A stretch of 64,000 nucleotides of DNA from Octopus vulgaris (GCA_951406725.2 OX597817.1:73842001-73906000), one strand, 5' to 3'; positions 1-13,490 are shown, counted from the stretch's first letter. A program made the numbers and translations. Notes: generated by a model from the sequence alone, not told the origin.

Positions 1-38
1 AACGAAGCTGCACAGAAAATCATGCCCGGTAGCACATG

Positions 39-559
39 CAACTGCCCATACTGTTTGCATTGGAAACACATGTAGGTCATCGTAACCATAAAAATATGTT
101 GTATGACATTGTAAAACAAAGGAAAATGAATTTTGAAGATGTATCAGTCTCCGTATTCTCTATCGTTATAGTAATTGCTAATATACACTCCATAACAATA
201 TTACCATTCAGAGAAGCGAACACAAAATTACTCATCGGAGAAATTTCTGCGTGTGTGACAACTTCAAGTAGTTCAGTACTAATTGATGCAGTTACCCGAA
301 ACCTGGAACATAACTGAGAGCTACCACGGTATCCGCCCGAATAATATATCCCTCTAAACACACATGAACGATCATGAGATTGCGCCTAGAAATTTAACCC
401 CCGAGGTTAAGTAACACCAGCAGTCGCCCATTCATACTAGTCTTCCCTCTCAACGCCACTAATGTTATCCAAGGGAAAGGCGAAATGGCAAAGGCCGATA
501 CAGCTTGGCACCGGTGATTGTGAGCTCGGCGCTAAGACTATTGAGTCATGAGCATTCAT

Positions 560-593
<34 letters not shown>

Positions 594-1420
594 ACAAGGC
601 CACCTTGGATATTTCAAAAAATATTCTGGATTCATATGACAGTTCATTTTATCTGATTTATTTCAAACTGTAAGTATAATATTCTAATTGATGACGGGTG
701 AGGAAATCTGTTCACCACAAGGCAGTGGATTGGAAAAATAATTAGAACGTCTGATAAAATAACTTGCTGCAATTAGTTACGTCTTTTTGAGCCTTGAGTT
801 CAAATGTGGTTGAGTTGGATACGGCGATGCAGGGTATCTCGGTTATTGAGAATAAGAGGTCCGGTGAACCCATGATAGTTCCTGTGTGAGTTGCGCTGCA
901 CCTGCTGAGCTGACGCATAAGCAACTGAATTGGCCGCAGGTTTATATGTTGGTATTTTAGATGCCAGTAAAAGCTGTATTTGAATTGATATTTTTATAGC
1001 TAGTCTACTTTTCATCGCTGCTTTATAAATCACTTCATACCAGGTCAGATCTCCATCACTGCTAAGTTTGTTGAGCTTATAACTGCTTTGACTGCTAGAA
1101 ACATTTACGAGTAATTTCAATAGGTCAACCGATAACCTGGCACCGCATCTCTGAACTATCGCAAATGGCTTTGCCAATCTGAGCTGAGCTGCATGCCCTT
1201 TTGAGCGCTGCAAACAATTTCCATTTGGTAAACTCCTCAACAATATTACTGTAAGCTGGCGGTTGGTCTGAATGGTGATGACATATGTACTTCAGTTGAG
1301 GAAGTAGGTGCATGAGCTGGTTGGCCTGACATCTGATACCGTACAATCCGTGTGGCTAGATGAGGCGGTTGATTTGTACTGAAAGTGTAATGAAGGTTGA
1401 TAACGTAGGGACGTCATTGA
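39..1420 (-). mobile_element. Possible highly degraded Ty3/Gypsy gag relic, interrupted by a SINE fragment and (CA)n
   Basis: Minus-strand peptides in shifting frames (SNIVEEFTKWKLF, EMRCQVIG, KLSSDGDLTWYEVIYKAAMK, and CFQCKQYG near 39-80) loosely resemble the motif order of Gypsy gag and a broken zinc knuckle. Pattern recall only. Confidence 0.25.
370..515 (-). mobile_element. SINE 3' fragment (family C-like)
   Basis: atccaagggaaaggc...ggccgatacagcttggcacc matches my recollection of an octopus SINE body. Fragmentary. Confidence 0.4.
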
Positions 1421-2006
1421 CGCTAGCCAGTCAAATAAATGACAATTATTGAAAAAAAAACCCCAAAAAACTACTAGTTTGATTGTCTATGTTTGAGTCA
1501 CTGGGATACAGATATTATAACTGCATCAGGTACTCGCTACATAATAAAATGACCAAATTCAATATTCTCTCCTCATGCACAATCCAAATCTAAGTTAATT
1601 TGTGTTTTGTGGTCTCACGTTGAAACGTAACAATATTAATTGTAAGGTTAAATTAGAAACTGCACACGCTAAAATCTTTCTTAAGTGTTTAAAAATCCCG
1701 ATTTGATTTAATGGGGAAGCCGTCTTTGATTCGCTCAACCGAGAAATGAGAAAAATGATAATTTAACTCAATTATTGAACGAACGAATTTAATGCAACGG
1801 AATTGAGAGAGAGGATTGCAAGTCTATTAATTAGCAACCAGCAAAAATAATTTAAGGCTGCCCATATACCGTTGCCATTGATTTCGCTTATTGTAATTTG
1901 CAAAATTTTAAAGTATATTGGATTTCAGAAGTATTCTGAGCATTGGATCAACATTAAATATTCACTCATTCATAAAAGTTAAGAGCAGTGTAATAATCAT
2001 TCTATA

Positions 2007-2217
2007 TGCACAAGGCTTGAAATATTGTGGGGAGAGTGACAGTCGATTACATCGACCCCGTTACTCGATTGGTATTTATTTTATCGACCCCGGAAAGATA
2101 ACAAAAAAAAAACAACGTCGGCTTCGGCAGAATTTGAGGTCAGAACGTACAAATCAGGAAGAAATGCCGCTAAACATATGGTCGTAAGTGCTAACGACCC
2201 AACCAGCTCGTTACCCT
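2007..2217 (-). mobile_element. tRNA-derived SINE, family A (Deu/Nin-like core), diverged
   Basis: gtcgattacatcgacccc...tattttatcgacccc...gaatttgaggtcagaacgta...ccagctcg aligns to the intact copies at 6797 and 17643. Confidence 0.8.
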
Positions 2218-3069
2218 GCGGTAATGCAATAATATCGCAACAAAGCATTTAGTGCAAACCCGTAGCATATGGCACTCTCGCTGGTAGGTTAACACAGCAC
2301 TACTTACTTCCGCATAGTTATGGATTGTAATTGCGAGAACGTAATATAAAGTATCTCGCCCGAGAAACAGCGATGTATGTATCATTGATTTGAACTACTG
2401 TCCAGTAATATAAGAAACCTTCGCTTGATAAACACGACGAATTTAATATAAATGGAAGAGACGATTGTACAATCTTTACTAATTTTCTTAAAAATCTCGT
2501 CTACTATTTTCTTTTTTTTTTTACCTTCGTGATTTCAAACTTTTCTACACGAAATCTCCGGTTGACATCAATTAAGACATAACAGCACTAAACATGTCTG
2601 AAATACAAGCGTAATTTCGACATCAGAGAAAAATCGATTTCAATAACACTTAAGAACTTTAAATTGGAATCCGAAAAAGAAAGACATGAACTGACACCGT
2701 AAATGACCAATTTTAGACGAAGAATTATTCAGTTTAGAAAAGCTGCAGCATTCATTAAAACACACACAACAAAAACACTGTTCGAGAAGTTCACTTCGCA
2801 ATGGTAAGGTTCCAGGTTTGACCATATTGCGCAACTCTTAAAGCAAGTGTCTTCTATCTTCCACTATGGCTTGAATCGACCTGGTTGTGGACAGGTTTAT
2901 AGAAAGTGTCAGAAAGATCTAAAATTTCTTATAGCTACTATCTTCACAATTGATTTGCCATTCTCCATGAAAAGGTGTGGTCCTCTGCATGATTTCAGCT
3001 ATGTGCAACATCATACATTCTCTTATACATACATAAATACATACATACGTGTGTGTATGTGTAGTAAGT

Positions 3070-3230
3070 GAAGGCGCATAATATAATGGCTAGGCTGCTC
3101 GGCTTTTCATTATGATGTCGAGTGGCGCATTGTCTCCTTATACAAAGTATTTCATTTCACGCTGAACCAGTTTACTCAACTGAAAATGAGTACTTGTTGA
3201 GTGCTGGTGCAGCTCTTACTGACTCCCTAG
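3070..3230 (+). mobile_element. tRNA-derived SINE, family C, diverged
   Basis: aaggcgcata...tttcatttcacgctgaaccagtttactcaactgaaaatgagtac aligns with the 49350-49595 copy. Confidence 0.55.
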
Positions 3231-4504
3231 ATATGCCGCTGCGTAAATAGTGTGTTTGTTATTACTTGTGATTATATTGTCACCAAAAACAATTAGCAAG
3301 AGCATGGTACATGTTATTAAACCATGTGCGTCCGTGGGTGATAGTTGGTTCGTTATAGAAGAAAAATTCATTTTCACTTGCTTTCATTCCGGCTGGCGAA
3401 GGGTCCAGTCTATACCCTGTTGGGAAAACTTATGCGTGTCATGTATGTGTATCATCGTAGGGTTTTCAAAATACCATGGTCAAACGGAAATACCTTGTTG
3501 TATATTGTCCAGTCTCAGTCAAGATAATTTACAGCCGGGTGGCTTTACCTTTCGTTCTCCCCCGAGTCGGATAAAATATGTATGAATACTAAAACCAATA
3601 AAAGAACCAAAATATTCACCTGGTATTTCAATTTTTTAAAGTCTTCTAAATAACACCAATAGCATGGTATAGTAGTAGCCACCAAAGATACCCTGACACG
3701 GTCATCTTACTCGATCTACTAGATATAGCAACCACTTTCAGATCACGCTTTATTGTCAAGTATAGAAACAGAAAAGACACATTGCATAATGTTGTCCTAG
3801 ATATAATATATCTTGGGAAAAAGGCAGGATAGTCACTTCTGAAACATCTTTGATCATAGACCTATTCGATCAAAGCTGTCCTGGCTCTAAACAACAACAT
3901 TAGCAAAATCAACAACAAATACTTCATCTCCAATAACTACTAACTCACTGCAAAGCTTGGGTGAGACATTACTGAGTAAATGAAATACTCCTCTCGTGAA
4001 ATAAGAGACCGTGTCCAAAGAAAGGCTACTTAAATGCACAGCAACCTTTGACCTACAGACGTACTTCCTTTTATACAATTCTGTCTCTCCTCCCCTTTCT
4101 CTTTCCACCCCTCTCCCTTTCCTCCTACTCTCCCCATCTCTCTCTGTCAGAATCTTTTCAGCCGCTGCCACAATGGTTTTTATTTCTTGGAGCTCATATC
4201 GCTTCACTCAGACACTCTCGATAACTTGTTCTAATGCCCCTCATATTTTATCCCTGCCTCCTACCGGTCCAATACTGATCACCTTGGCTACTTCTTGCCA
4301 GAACGTCGGCCTTCTGGAATCCTATGTGTGTTTTTCTTCTTTTTTCATATTTCCGGCAGTCGTCGACTTTTAAGAGAAATACTGTGTAAATATTGGTGGA
4401 CTTAGACAACCTGCGAAAGCCATAACATCTTCATGTTGATCAAATCATTTCTACAACGATTACAAGGGCGACGACAATAATAATAGCAACAACAACTAAG
4501 TAAG

Positions 4505-4931
4505 TTTTAGCAATTTTTAGTGGGAGGGATTATGACGCTTTCATCGGTCCCAGTACACAATATGTACTTATTTCATCCATCCCTAAAGGAATGAAAGGCA
4601 AAGCCGACTTCAGAGGAATTTGAACTCAGAACTTCAACAACCGGAAGAAATGCCAACAATAATTTTATCCAACACATTATCGATCCTGCCAGCTCGCCGC
4701 CTTTAACCCAAACTAAAATAATGATTTACAGGGCTTTGGCACACGGCAAGAAATTGTAAGGGAGTTAGGTAAGTCGATTACATCGTCTCCAATGGTACTT
4801 ATTTTATCGTTTCTGAAAGGATGAAAGGTAGAATCGGTGTCGGTAGAATTTGAACTTAGAATGTAAAGATGGATGAAATATAGCAAAGCATTTTGCTCGG
4901 CGTGCTAACGATTCTGCCAACTCACCGCCTT
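4505..4931 (-). mobile_element. Two adjacent family A SINE copies
   Basis: Two gatgaaaggcaaagt...gaatttgaactcagaac...ctgccagctcgccgcct-like blocks ending near 4703 and 4931. Confidence 0.8.
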
Positions 4932-5261
4932 ACAAGAACTAAATAACAAAACGGAATTATAGTTCTAGAGTTCTGTATGTAAGTTAGAGTCCTCTATAGT
5001 CTACAGTAACAATTAAATGGACATGAAAATAATAACGCCCGAAGAAACCCTGGTGGAAAATGTTAATTATATATATATCCCTGCACTTACGTTAGAAATA
5101 GCTTACATTACAGACAAGGTCAGTTAGTTAGTCTATACAGTCTTCCTAACGTCACATGATTAAGCTAAGAAACTTGTATATACAAAAGTAATTGTAGTTC
5201 CATAGCAAAAGCGGCATTTAACATCATATTAATTTTTAATTGCAGCTTTACAAAACTGTGC

Positions 5262-5533
5262 ACTATGCAATTGATATATATGTGTGTGTGTGTGTGTGTG
5301 TATTTATGTGTGTATGTGTATGTATGTGCATGTATGTATATGTGTATGTGTATGTATGTATATGTATGAATGTATGTATGTGCGTGTGTGTGCGTGTATG
5401 TGTCTGTATGTATATATGTGTGAGTGTAAATACATATAGATACACATGTGTGTATATATATATATATATATATACATGTATATATATATATACATGTATA
5501 TATATATGTATATATATATATATATGTGTGTGA

Positions 5534-5564
<31 letters not shown>

Positions 5565-5570
5565 AATGCA
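5262..5570. repeat. Compound (TG)n/(TATG)n/(TA)n microsatellite
   Basis: Directly visible. Confidence 0.95.
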
Positions 5571-5899
5571 TACATTTATTAAAACGCGTAATACTGTTGT
5601 AAGTGCTACACAAAAGCCATGTACACACACAAGCAAAAGCATTGATAATCTAAACACCATGACCTGCTAGAAGTAGTAGCAAATTTTCCTTTTAGCTGTA
5701 CAACCGTTTACAAGTAATATTTAAGGTTACACTAGATAGTATAGTAGTAGATTAAGAAGTGTAAGGTTAAATTATCGTACGTGTTTAGTTTTCACCATAT
5801 CGATAATAGGTTCAAATTCTACCACCTCTTTGTATTTTATTTTAATTCTTTCAATGGTCTGAGAATAGGATTAAGTACGTTTTGAAGACTAAAGTATGC

Positions 5900-6340
5900 T
5901 GAGACCTGACAGAATTGTTGTAACACCGGGCAAAATACTTAGCAGCTCTTCTTCCGTCTTTATGTTCTGAGCTCAAATTCCGCCCAGGCCGACTTTACCT
6001 GTCTTTCTTTCAAGATCGATAATTCTGCCGAGGTCATCTTTGCCTGTCATCCTTTCGAGGTCGATAGAATAAGTAGCAGTTGAATACTGGGTTCAATATC
6101 ATTGACTATCCCCATCCACCTCGAAATTGCTGGTCTTATGCTCAAATTGGAAACCAATATAAGGACAATTAAGGTGATGAACTGGCATTTTGTCCGGTTT
6201 TACGTTCCAAATTCAAATTCAAATTCCGCCGAGGTCGACTTTGCATTTCATTTATTCAGCCCCGATTAAATGAATACCAGTTGAGCGACGTAATCGACTT
6301 ATCTTCTCCCCCGAAATTACTGGCCTTTGAAACCAAGAAG
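5900..6340 (+). mobile_element. Cluster of family A SINE fragments
   Basis: Three aattccgccgaggtcgactttgc-like cores in succession. Confidence 0.75.
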
Positions 6341-6796
6341 TAGGTCAGTTAGGACTCGCTATTCCACCCCACCCATATTGCAAATTGTAAACAGTTGTGT
6401 CATTGAGTACAATTTTTCAATAGGCTAGTCATTGGTTCGCTACATTTCTGACGGCCAGAGTGACAGGGAAGTATTTAATATCCTTATTCGGTGGCGAACA
6501 TATATCTCAAGGGACATTGCTCGTGAAACACCGGTTTTCCAGTTTTCACGCCAATGTTTTTATCATTCACTGATATGTGTATATGTGCGTCTGTGTGTGT
6601 ATATATATATATATATATATAAGCACATTCATATATGTGTATATATATACATACACATTCATATATAAATACATTCACCATATATATATATATATATATA
6701 TACATACATTTCTAAATATATATTCATATATATAATATACATATATGCATATATACAATTCATTTATATATACATTCCTATATATATATATATATA

Positions 6797-7712
<916 letters not shown>

Positions 7713-8149
7713 TAGAAAGCTAAAATGGGACAAGAACGCAAACCATCCAGACAGACGATGCAAAGAAAACAAGAACGGGTTTTCTTTCTTCAGTCGAGTT
7801 CCAGATTATCTTTGCAATTTCGACTGGTTATACTCTAGATTGCTCTAATCTGGCCTGCCCCAAGGAAAAACTAAGCTAAAACACTAGATTTCTTGGAAAA
7901 AAAAGCACCGAATGTACGAATTTCTCTCTATCCTTCTTTTTCTCCCAGGATCGGTTGAATTGCGCCGTGTTAATGGTTGTGAGAGATCACTCACGGCACC
8001 CCTTTTCACCTGAAGGATTGAGCAAGGAGATAGCAACTTCTTCACAAAGGAACACTGAAAAGTTACGGAACAGTTCAATGTTTGTGTTGCACAGACCGAT
8101 GTGGAACACAACTTGAAAAAGGATAAGTAAATAAATAACGGTTACTGAT

Positions 8150-9125
8150 TTAAGCACAAGACTAACAATTTTGTAAGAAGTGGGTCACTCGATACCACCG
8201 ACTTCAGTACTTGAACGGTACTTTATTTTATATACTTCAAAAGGATGAAAGGCAAGTTTGACCCTGGGCGAGGTTTGACGAACATTTAGGCATTTTTCTG
8301 ATGCTCTAACGATTTCGCCTTGTCAGAGCTTTTTTGAAATTATTAATTATGGGTTCAAATTTGGGCACAACAATTTTAAGGGTAAGGGTTAGTCGATTAC
8401 ACCGACTCTAGTACTCGAGGTGTATTTTATTTTATCGGCCACGAAAGATGAAAAGGTGGAGGTACATGGCCAAGTGGTTAGAGCAGTGAACCCGCGGTCG
8501 AGGGATCGCGTGTTCGAATCTCAGATCAAGCGATGTGTGTGTTTGAGCGAAACACCTAAGCTTCACGCGGCTCAGGCAGCAGGTAATGGCGAACTTCCGC
8601 GGACTCTTTCGCCACAACTCTCACTCTTGCCTCCTGCATTTAGCAGCTCACAATAAATCATTGAAAGCAGGAAACCGGCCCTTATGAGGAAAACATGGCT
8701 TGAGAAGGAACAAACAACAAAGATTGAAAGGCAAATTTGACCTTGCTGATATTTGAATTCAGAAGAATTGATACTAACAATTCTGCCAGTTCAAGAAGAG
8801 GATGATGATGATGACTTCAAATTTTGGCACAAGACCAGCAACTTCGAAGGAAAGGATAAGTCGAGTGCATCAACCCCAGAACTCAAGTGTTACTTATTTT
8901 ATCTGCCGGAAAGGGTGAAAGGCGAAGTCGACCTCGGTGGAATTTAACCTCAGAACATAAAGACGGACAAAATGCCGGTATTTTTGGCATAGGGCAACAC
9001 GTTTGAGGTGAGGGGACAAGTCGACTGTATCGACCCTAGTATTTTACTAGTACTTCATTTTATTGACCCTAAAAGCATGAAAGATAAATTTGTTCTCCGC
9101 GGGATTTGAACTCAGAACATAAAAG
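8150..9125 (-). mobile_element. Cluster of about four family A SINE copies, one interrupted by a family C SINE
   Basis: Repeated ttggcacaag...gtcgattac...ttttatc...gatgaaaggcaaag...gaatttgaactcagaac blocks. Confidence 0.75.
8458..8720 (+). mobile_element. Family C SINE nested in a family A SINE
   Basis: A box tggccaagtgg, B box gttcgaatc, tail gaaaccggcccttatgag...aacaaacaacaa. Flanked by aaagatgaaaag / aaagattgaaag. Confidence 0.7.
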
Positions 9126-10369
9126 TCAAAAGATGAAAAAAGAAAAAAAAAAACATGATGGTTTTGTAAGTTCAAATCCTTCTATGAATCTAGCCTTGAT
9201 AGAAATGACATCCACATGAAGTATCTATCTACGAAATACTTTATATCTAGAATCCTCACCTTTGTCGTTCTACTAAGTAGAAATAACAAGAACTTTATTA
9301 AGATGATTAACCACCATCTTCAAAACGATAGCAATGGCAAGAAGGCATTTGGTCATAGGTTTGTTCAGTCAGTGCTGGTCTGGGGCTAAATAATAAAGGT
9401 TTCTGACTTCGGCACAAGGGCAGCAAATTTAAGGGATGGAAGATGGTTGATAATGTCAAACCCAGTACTTGACTGACACTACCGAAAGGACGAAAGGGTA
9501 AGTTGATATAGGCCAGATTTGAACTCATATTATCTTCCTTCATAATATATATTCTGTTTTTAAACACAGCAAATTTATTGGAGATTGTATCTCTAGACGA
9601 ATACCATTGTAAATTTGTCTTCCAAAGATGTCATTTGCATTAAGTATGATACATAGAGGGGCTGTTATATTGAAATAGTTTATGCTTTTCCCGGAGAAAT
9701 ACTGGATGGTCATGGCCAGAACGACTTGGATAATAACTCTGTTCAATCAATGTAGCATTGGGGTTAAATAACAACAACATCGATAATAACAATAGCAACA
9801 GCATTAACAATAACAATAATAGCAGCGTTTTATGCGTATGAATGCCTATTAAAGTAAGAGATACTCTTAATAAAGAACGTGTTTGATATAATAATAATAA
9901 TAACTTACACATAACTACTAAGATAAGTATCTAACATAATTTATATAGCCGTAAAATATCTGTTCAAATAATAAATTGAAAAACCAAAATTACTTTTACA
10001 AAACGCAAATAAAAAACAAGAAGAATTTTTTTTAAATACATTTATAAATGCCAAGAAAATAAAATGAAACGACTTTAACAAACGATGTGCTTTTTGTTTT
10101 GTTATAACAGTGTTCTTTAAACGTAGGGTGGAGTCTTATTAGTATATTAGACTGGCGATAGAATTAAATTTCTTTTACGTCGAGAAAACATTAATGGAAG
10201 TTTATAAATCAAATTTAGCAGCTTCAATTAAAGCGATACATTATCGCTAGAAATCTCGAGATATTGTAAAGAATGGAATTTTGTACATTAAGAAAGGAAA
10301 AATAGTTGCCTCGCTAAGCAGACGTGATAAATCAGAAATCAAAATTGATATTCAGAATAGTTCATGAGC

Positions 10370-10372
<3 letters not shown>

Positions 10373-10453
<81 letters not shown>

Positions 10454-10720
10454 TATCTACATACACACTTCACATATATACACAACACACAGGTATATAT
10501 ATGATAACAAAAATGCCTCTTGAATGATTTCCAACCATTGAATTATAATTCACTACGTACAAATATACACACATATATACACATAAATACTCACACACAC
10601 TTGCGTATGTGAGTATATATATATGATGTGTGAGTGTATGTGTGTCTGTGTGTGTGTAACGTATATAATGCATATACATCCATGTATACATAGATACAAG
10701 CATACATAATACATACATGC

Positions 10721-10782
<62 letters not shown>

Positions 10783-10959
10783 ATATCTATATCTACACAC
10801 ACATATGAATACATACATGTATATATATGCATTTGTACGCATATCTATATCTACACACACCATACACATATTTATTTACACACACACACGCACACACACA
10901 CACGCACACACACACACATACATATATATATACATATATATATATACGTATATATATAC

Positions 10960-10994
<35 letters not shown>

Positions 10995-11046
10995 CATATA
11001 CATACATATATATTTGTACGTATATGTATATATATATATATATAAT
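10373..11046. repeat. (CA)n/(TA)n/(TG)n microsatellite block
   Basis: Directly visible. Confidence 0.95.
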
Positions 11047-11198
11047 ATAAATATAAGAGAGTGGTCACCATATGGCTCACTCTAGCACCAGTTAATCCAA
11101 AAGGTTTCAACCACAAAAATACATGTTTCCCATGAAAGTCAGTACGATTGTTAGCTCACACGGACAGGGCAAATAAAAAATAACAAAAATACAGATTA

Positions 11199-11279
11199 TT
11201 TTGGGACAATTGTTCGCTATTAATGAATTAAATGTAATTTTACTTACAAAAAAATCCACTTGTAGCTCGTCAGCCAAAA
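11199..11279 (-). ncRNA. Type I hammerhead ribozyme motif, GAAA reduced to GAA
   Basis: ttttgg CTGACGA gcta[43 nt]tagc GAA caattG TC ccaaaa: stem I 6 bp, stem II 4 bp, palindromic stem III, GUC site. Confidence 0.8.
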
Positions 11280-11493
11280 CTATCTGGATGAAATCCACTC
11301 AATCACACGCCAGATTTTACCATAACGATAAATACGCGTGTGGTTCAATTGATTACATCCGACGTTATAATTCAAATGCCCCAACTAGTTGGGGCATTTG
11401 AATTATAACGTCGGATGTAATCAATTGAACCACACGCGTATTTATCGTTATGGTAAAATCTGGCGTGTGATTGAGTGGATTTCATCCAGATAG

Positions 11494-11575
11494 TTTTGGC
11501 AGACGAGCTACAAGTGGATTTTTTTGTAAGTAAAATTACATTTAATTCATTAATAGCGAAACAATTGTCCCAAAA
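11494..11575 (+). ncRNA. Type I hammerhead ribozyme motif, CUGA changed to CAGA
   Basis: ttttgg CAGACGA gcta[43 nt]tagc GAAA caattG TC ccaaaa; predicted cleavage after C11569. Confidence 0.8.
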
Positions 11576-11922
11576 TAATCTGTATTTTTGTTATTTTTTA
11601 TTTGCCCTGTCCGTGTGAGCTAACAATCGTACTGACTTTCATGGGAAACATGTATTTTTGTGGTTGAAACCTTTTGGATTAACTGGTGCTAGAGTGAGCC
11701 ATATGGTGACCACTCTCTTATATTTATTTTGTAAAAATATTATAATATATTATAAAATATTATAATAATCCAGGTTTCTCGGAGCACTAGGCCACTTGGT
11801 GTTGAATAGATATACTATTAAATTAGTATCTAATTCTCTCACCCTTATTAATTAATTATTTATATATATATATATATATATACGTATTTATGTACATACA
11901 CTCATATATACGTATATACATG

Positions 11923-11984
<62 letters not shown>

Positions 11985-12249
11985 ACATATATGTGTGTGT
12001 TTATCAGCAAATAAATATATAATGAAAATGATGGAACATAAAAACAACAGTAAATACAATAGCAACAACAATAACAATGATACCACCACTACCATCGCCA
12101 CCAATCAGGCATTGCTAAGACCAGCAGGAGTTACAAACATAAAATTTTTAAATTACAACACTCAGCACAGCATGAAAAAAATGTAGGGTGTTAAAAAGGA
12201 GAAAGCCACTGAAATGAAAATTTCTTTCTTTTATAGTTTTATCGATTTA

Positions 12250-12402
12250 ATTGTTTTGTCTATATACCTACTGCTAATTTGTATGTATACACAACATACA
12301 CATATACTGGAAATATATATATATATATATATATATATATTCCAGTATATGTGTATGTTGTGTATACATACAAATTAGCAGTAGGTATATAGACAAAACA
12401 AT
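12250..12402. repeat. Perfect inverted duplication (~63-bp arms) around a (TA)n centre
   Basis: attgttttgtctatatacctactgc...tactggaa (TA)n ttccagta...gcagtaggtatatagacaaaacaat. Confidence 0.92.
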
Positions 12403-12419
12403 ATATATATATATATATA

Positions 12420-12565
<146 letters not shown>

Positions 12566-12721
12566 AGATAGATAGAAAGGTAACTCTAACATTATCTAAG
12601 TTAGAATATGGAATATATCAGTTGCAAGTGAATATTTTGAGAATACTGGCCCACAGTAGATATTTACATACATGTCTAGACATGCAACTTTATGCATGAG
12701 AAACATACAAATCTGCACACA

Positions 12722-12772
<51 letters not shown>

Positions 12773-13094
12773 GTACACACACACAAACACATACAAAAAT
12801 AGCCTGTTGATGTTGTTGAAATTCCAGTGAAGGAGCCTTAGCTCTAGGTTAGAAACCGGCTCTTTCTCTATTGGAAAGAAATCTCGAAATAAAACTGAAT
12901 AATGGCATACATACATGCATATATACATACATACATGTATGAAAGCCTACATACATTTATACACACATGGTCTGCTTGCGGGTACTATATTATCGTCAAT
13001 TGCTTTAGATACCTGTGTAGTTGCTAGCAGATATTGACATTCTCTCAGCTCTCCTACACTTACCTAGCGGAATATCGAGATTTGAGTACAGAGA

Positions 13095-13490
13095 GAGTGA
13101 GGCTGCATAAGTACTAGGCCGATACTTATTGAGTACACTGAAGCAACCTGAAATGATGAGCTTTGTTCAAGGACACATCGTGTTGCCCGTGCGGAGAACC
13201 GAGCCCATGACCATGACCTTAAAACCCTAACCACTTGACATTCACCAAAGGGGTATGTGCTTAGATACGGTTAAATATGAACTTCTAATAATGGTTTAAA
13301 ATATTGGCACAAGGCCAGCAAGTTCGGGATATGAGGTAAGTCGATCACTTCGACCCCAGTATTCAACTGGTACTTATTTTATTGACTTCGAAAGGATTAA
13401 AGGCGAAGTCGACCATAGCAGAATCTAAACTCACAACGTGAAACGGGCAAAATGTCGCTCAGCTAACGATTCTGCCAGCTTGCTGCCTTC
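13095..13490 (-). mobile_element. Family C SINE fragment followed by a family A SINE
   Basis: ttgttcaaggacacatc...ccctaaccact, then ttggcacaaggccagc...ttcgaccccagt...gattctgccagcttgctgcctt. Confidence 0.7.

Larger units (their letters stand above)
11047..11727. repeat. Spacer-less inverted repeat (340/341-bp arms), probably an inverted Penelope pLTR/retrozyme
   Basis: Centre ccaact|agttgg at 11386/11387. Arms compared base by base: one substitution and one 1-nt indel. Confidence 0.95.

Noticed and set aside
2526-2597. Minus-strand segment bounded by ttcag| and |gtaaaa
   Set aside because: It has stops in all three frames; at most a UTR exon, and unsupported.
6436-6500. gttcgctac...gtggcgaac hairpin near CTGACG and GAAA
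   Set aside because: The core motifs are not on one strand in hammerhead order.
7714-7920. CTGAAGA on the minus strand in a pLTR-like fragment
   Set aside because: No GAAA/NUH follows, so it cannot be called a ribozyme.
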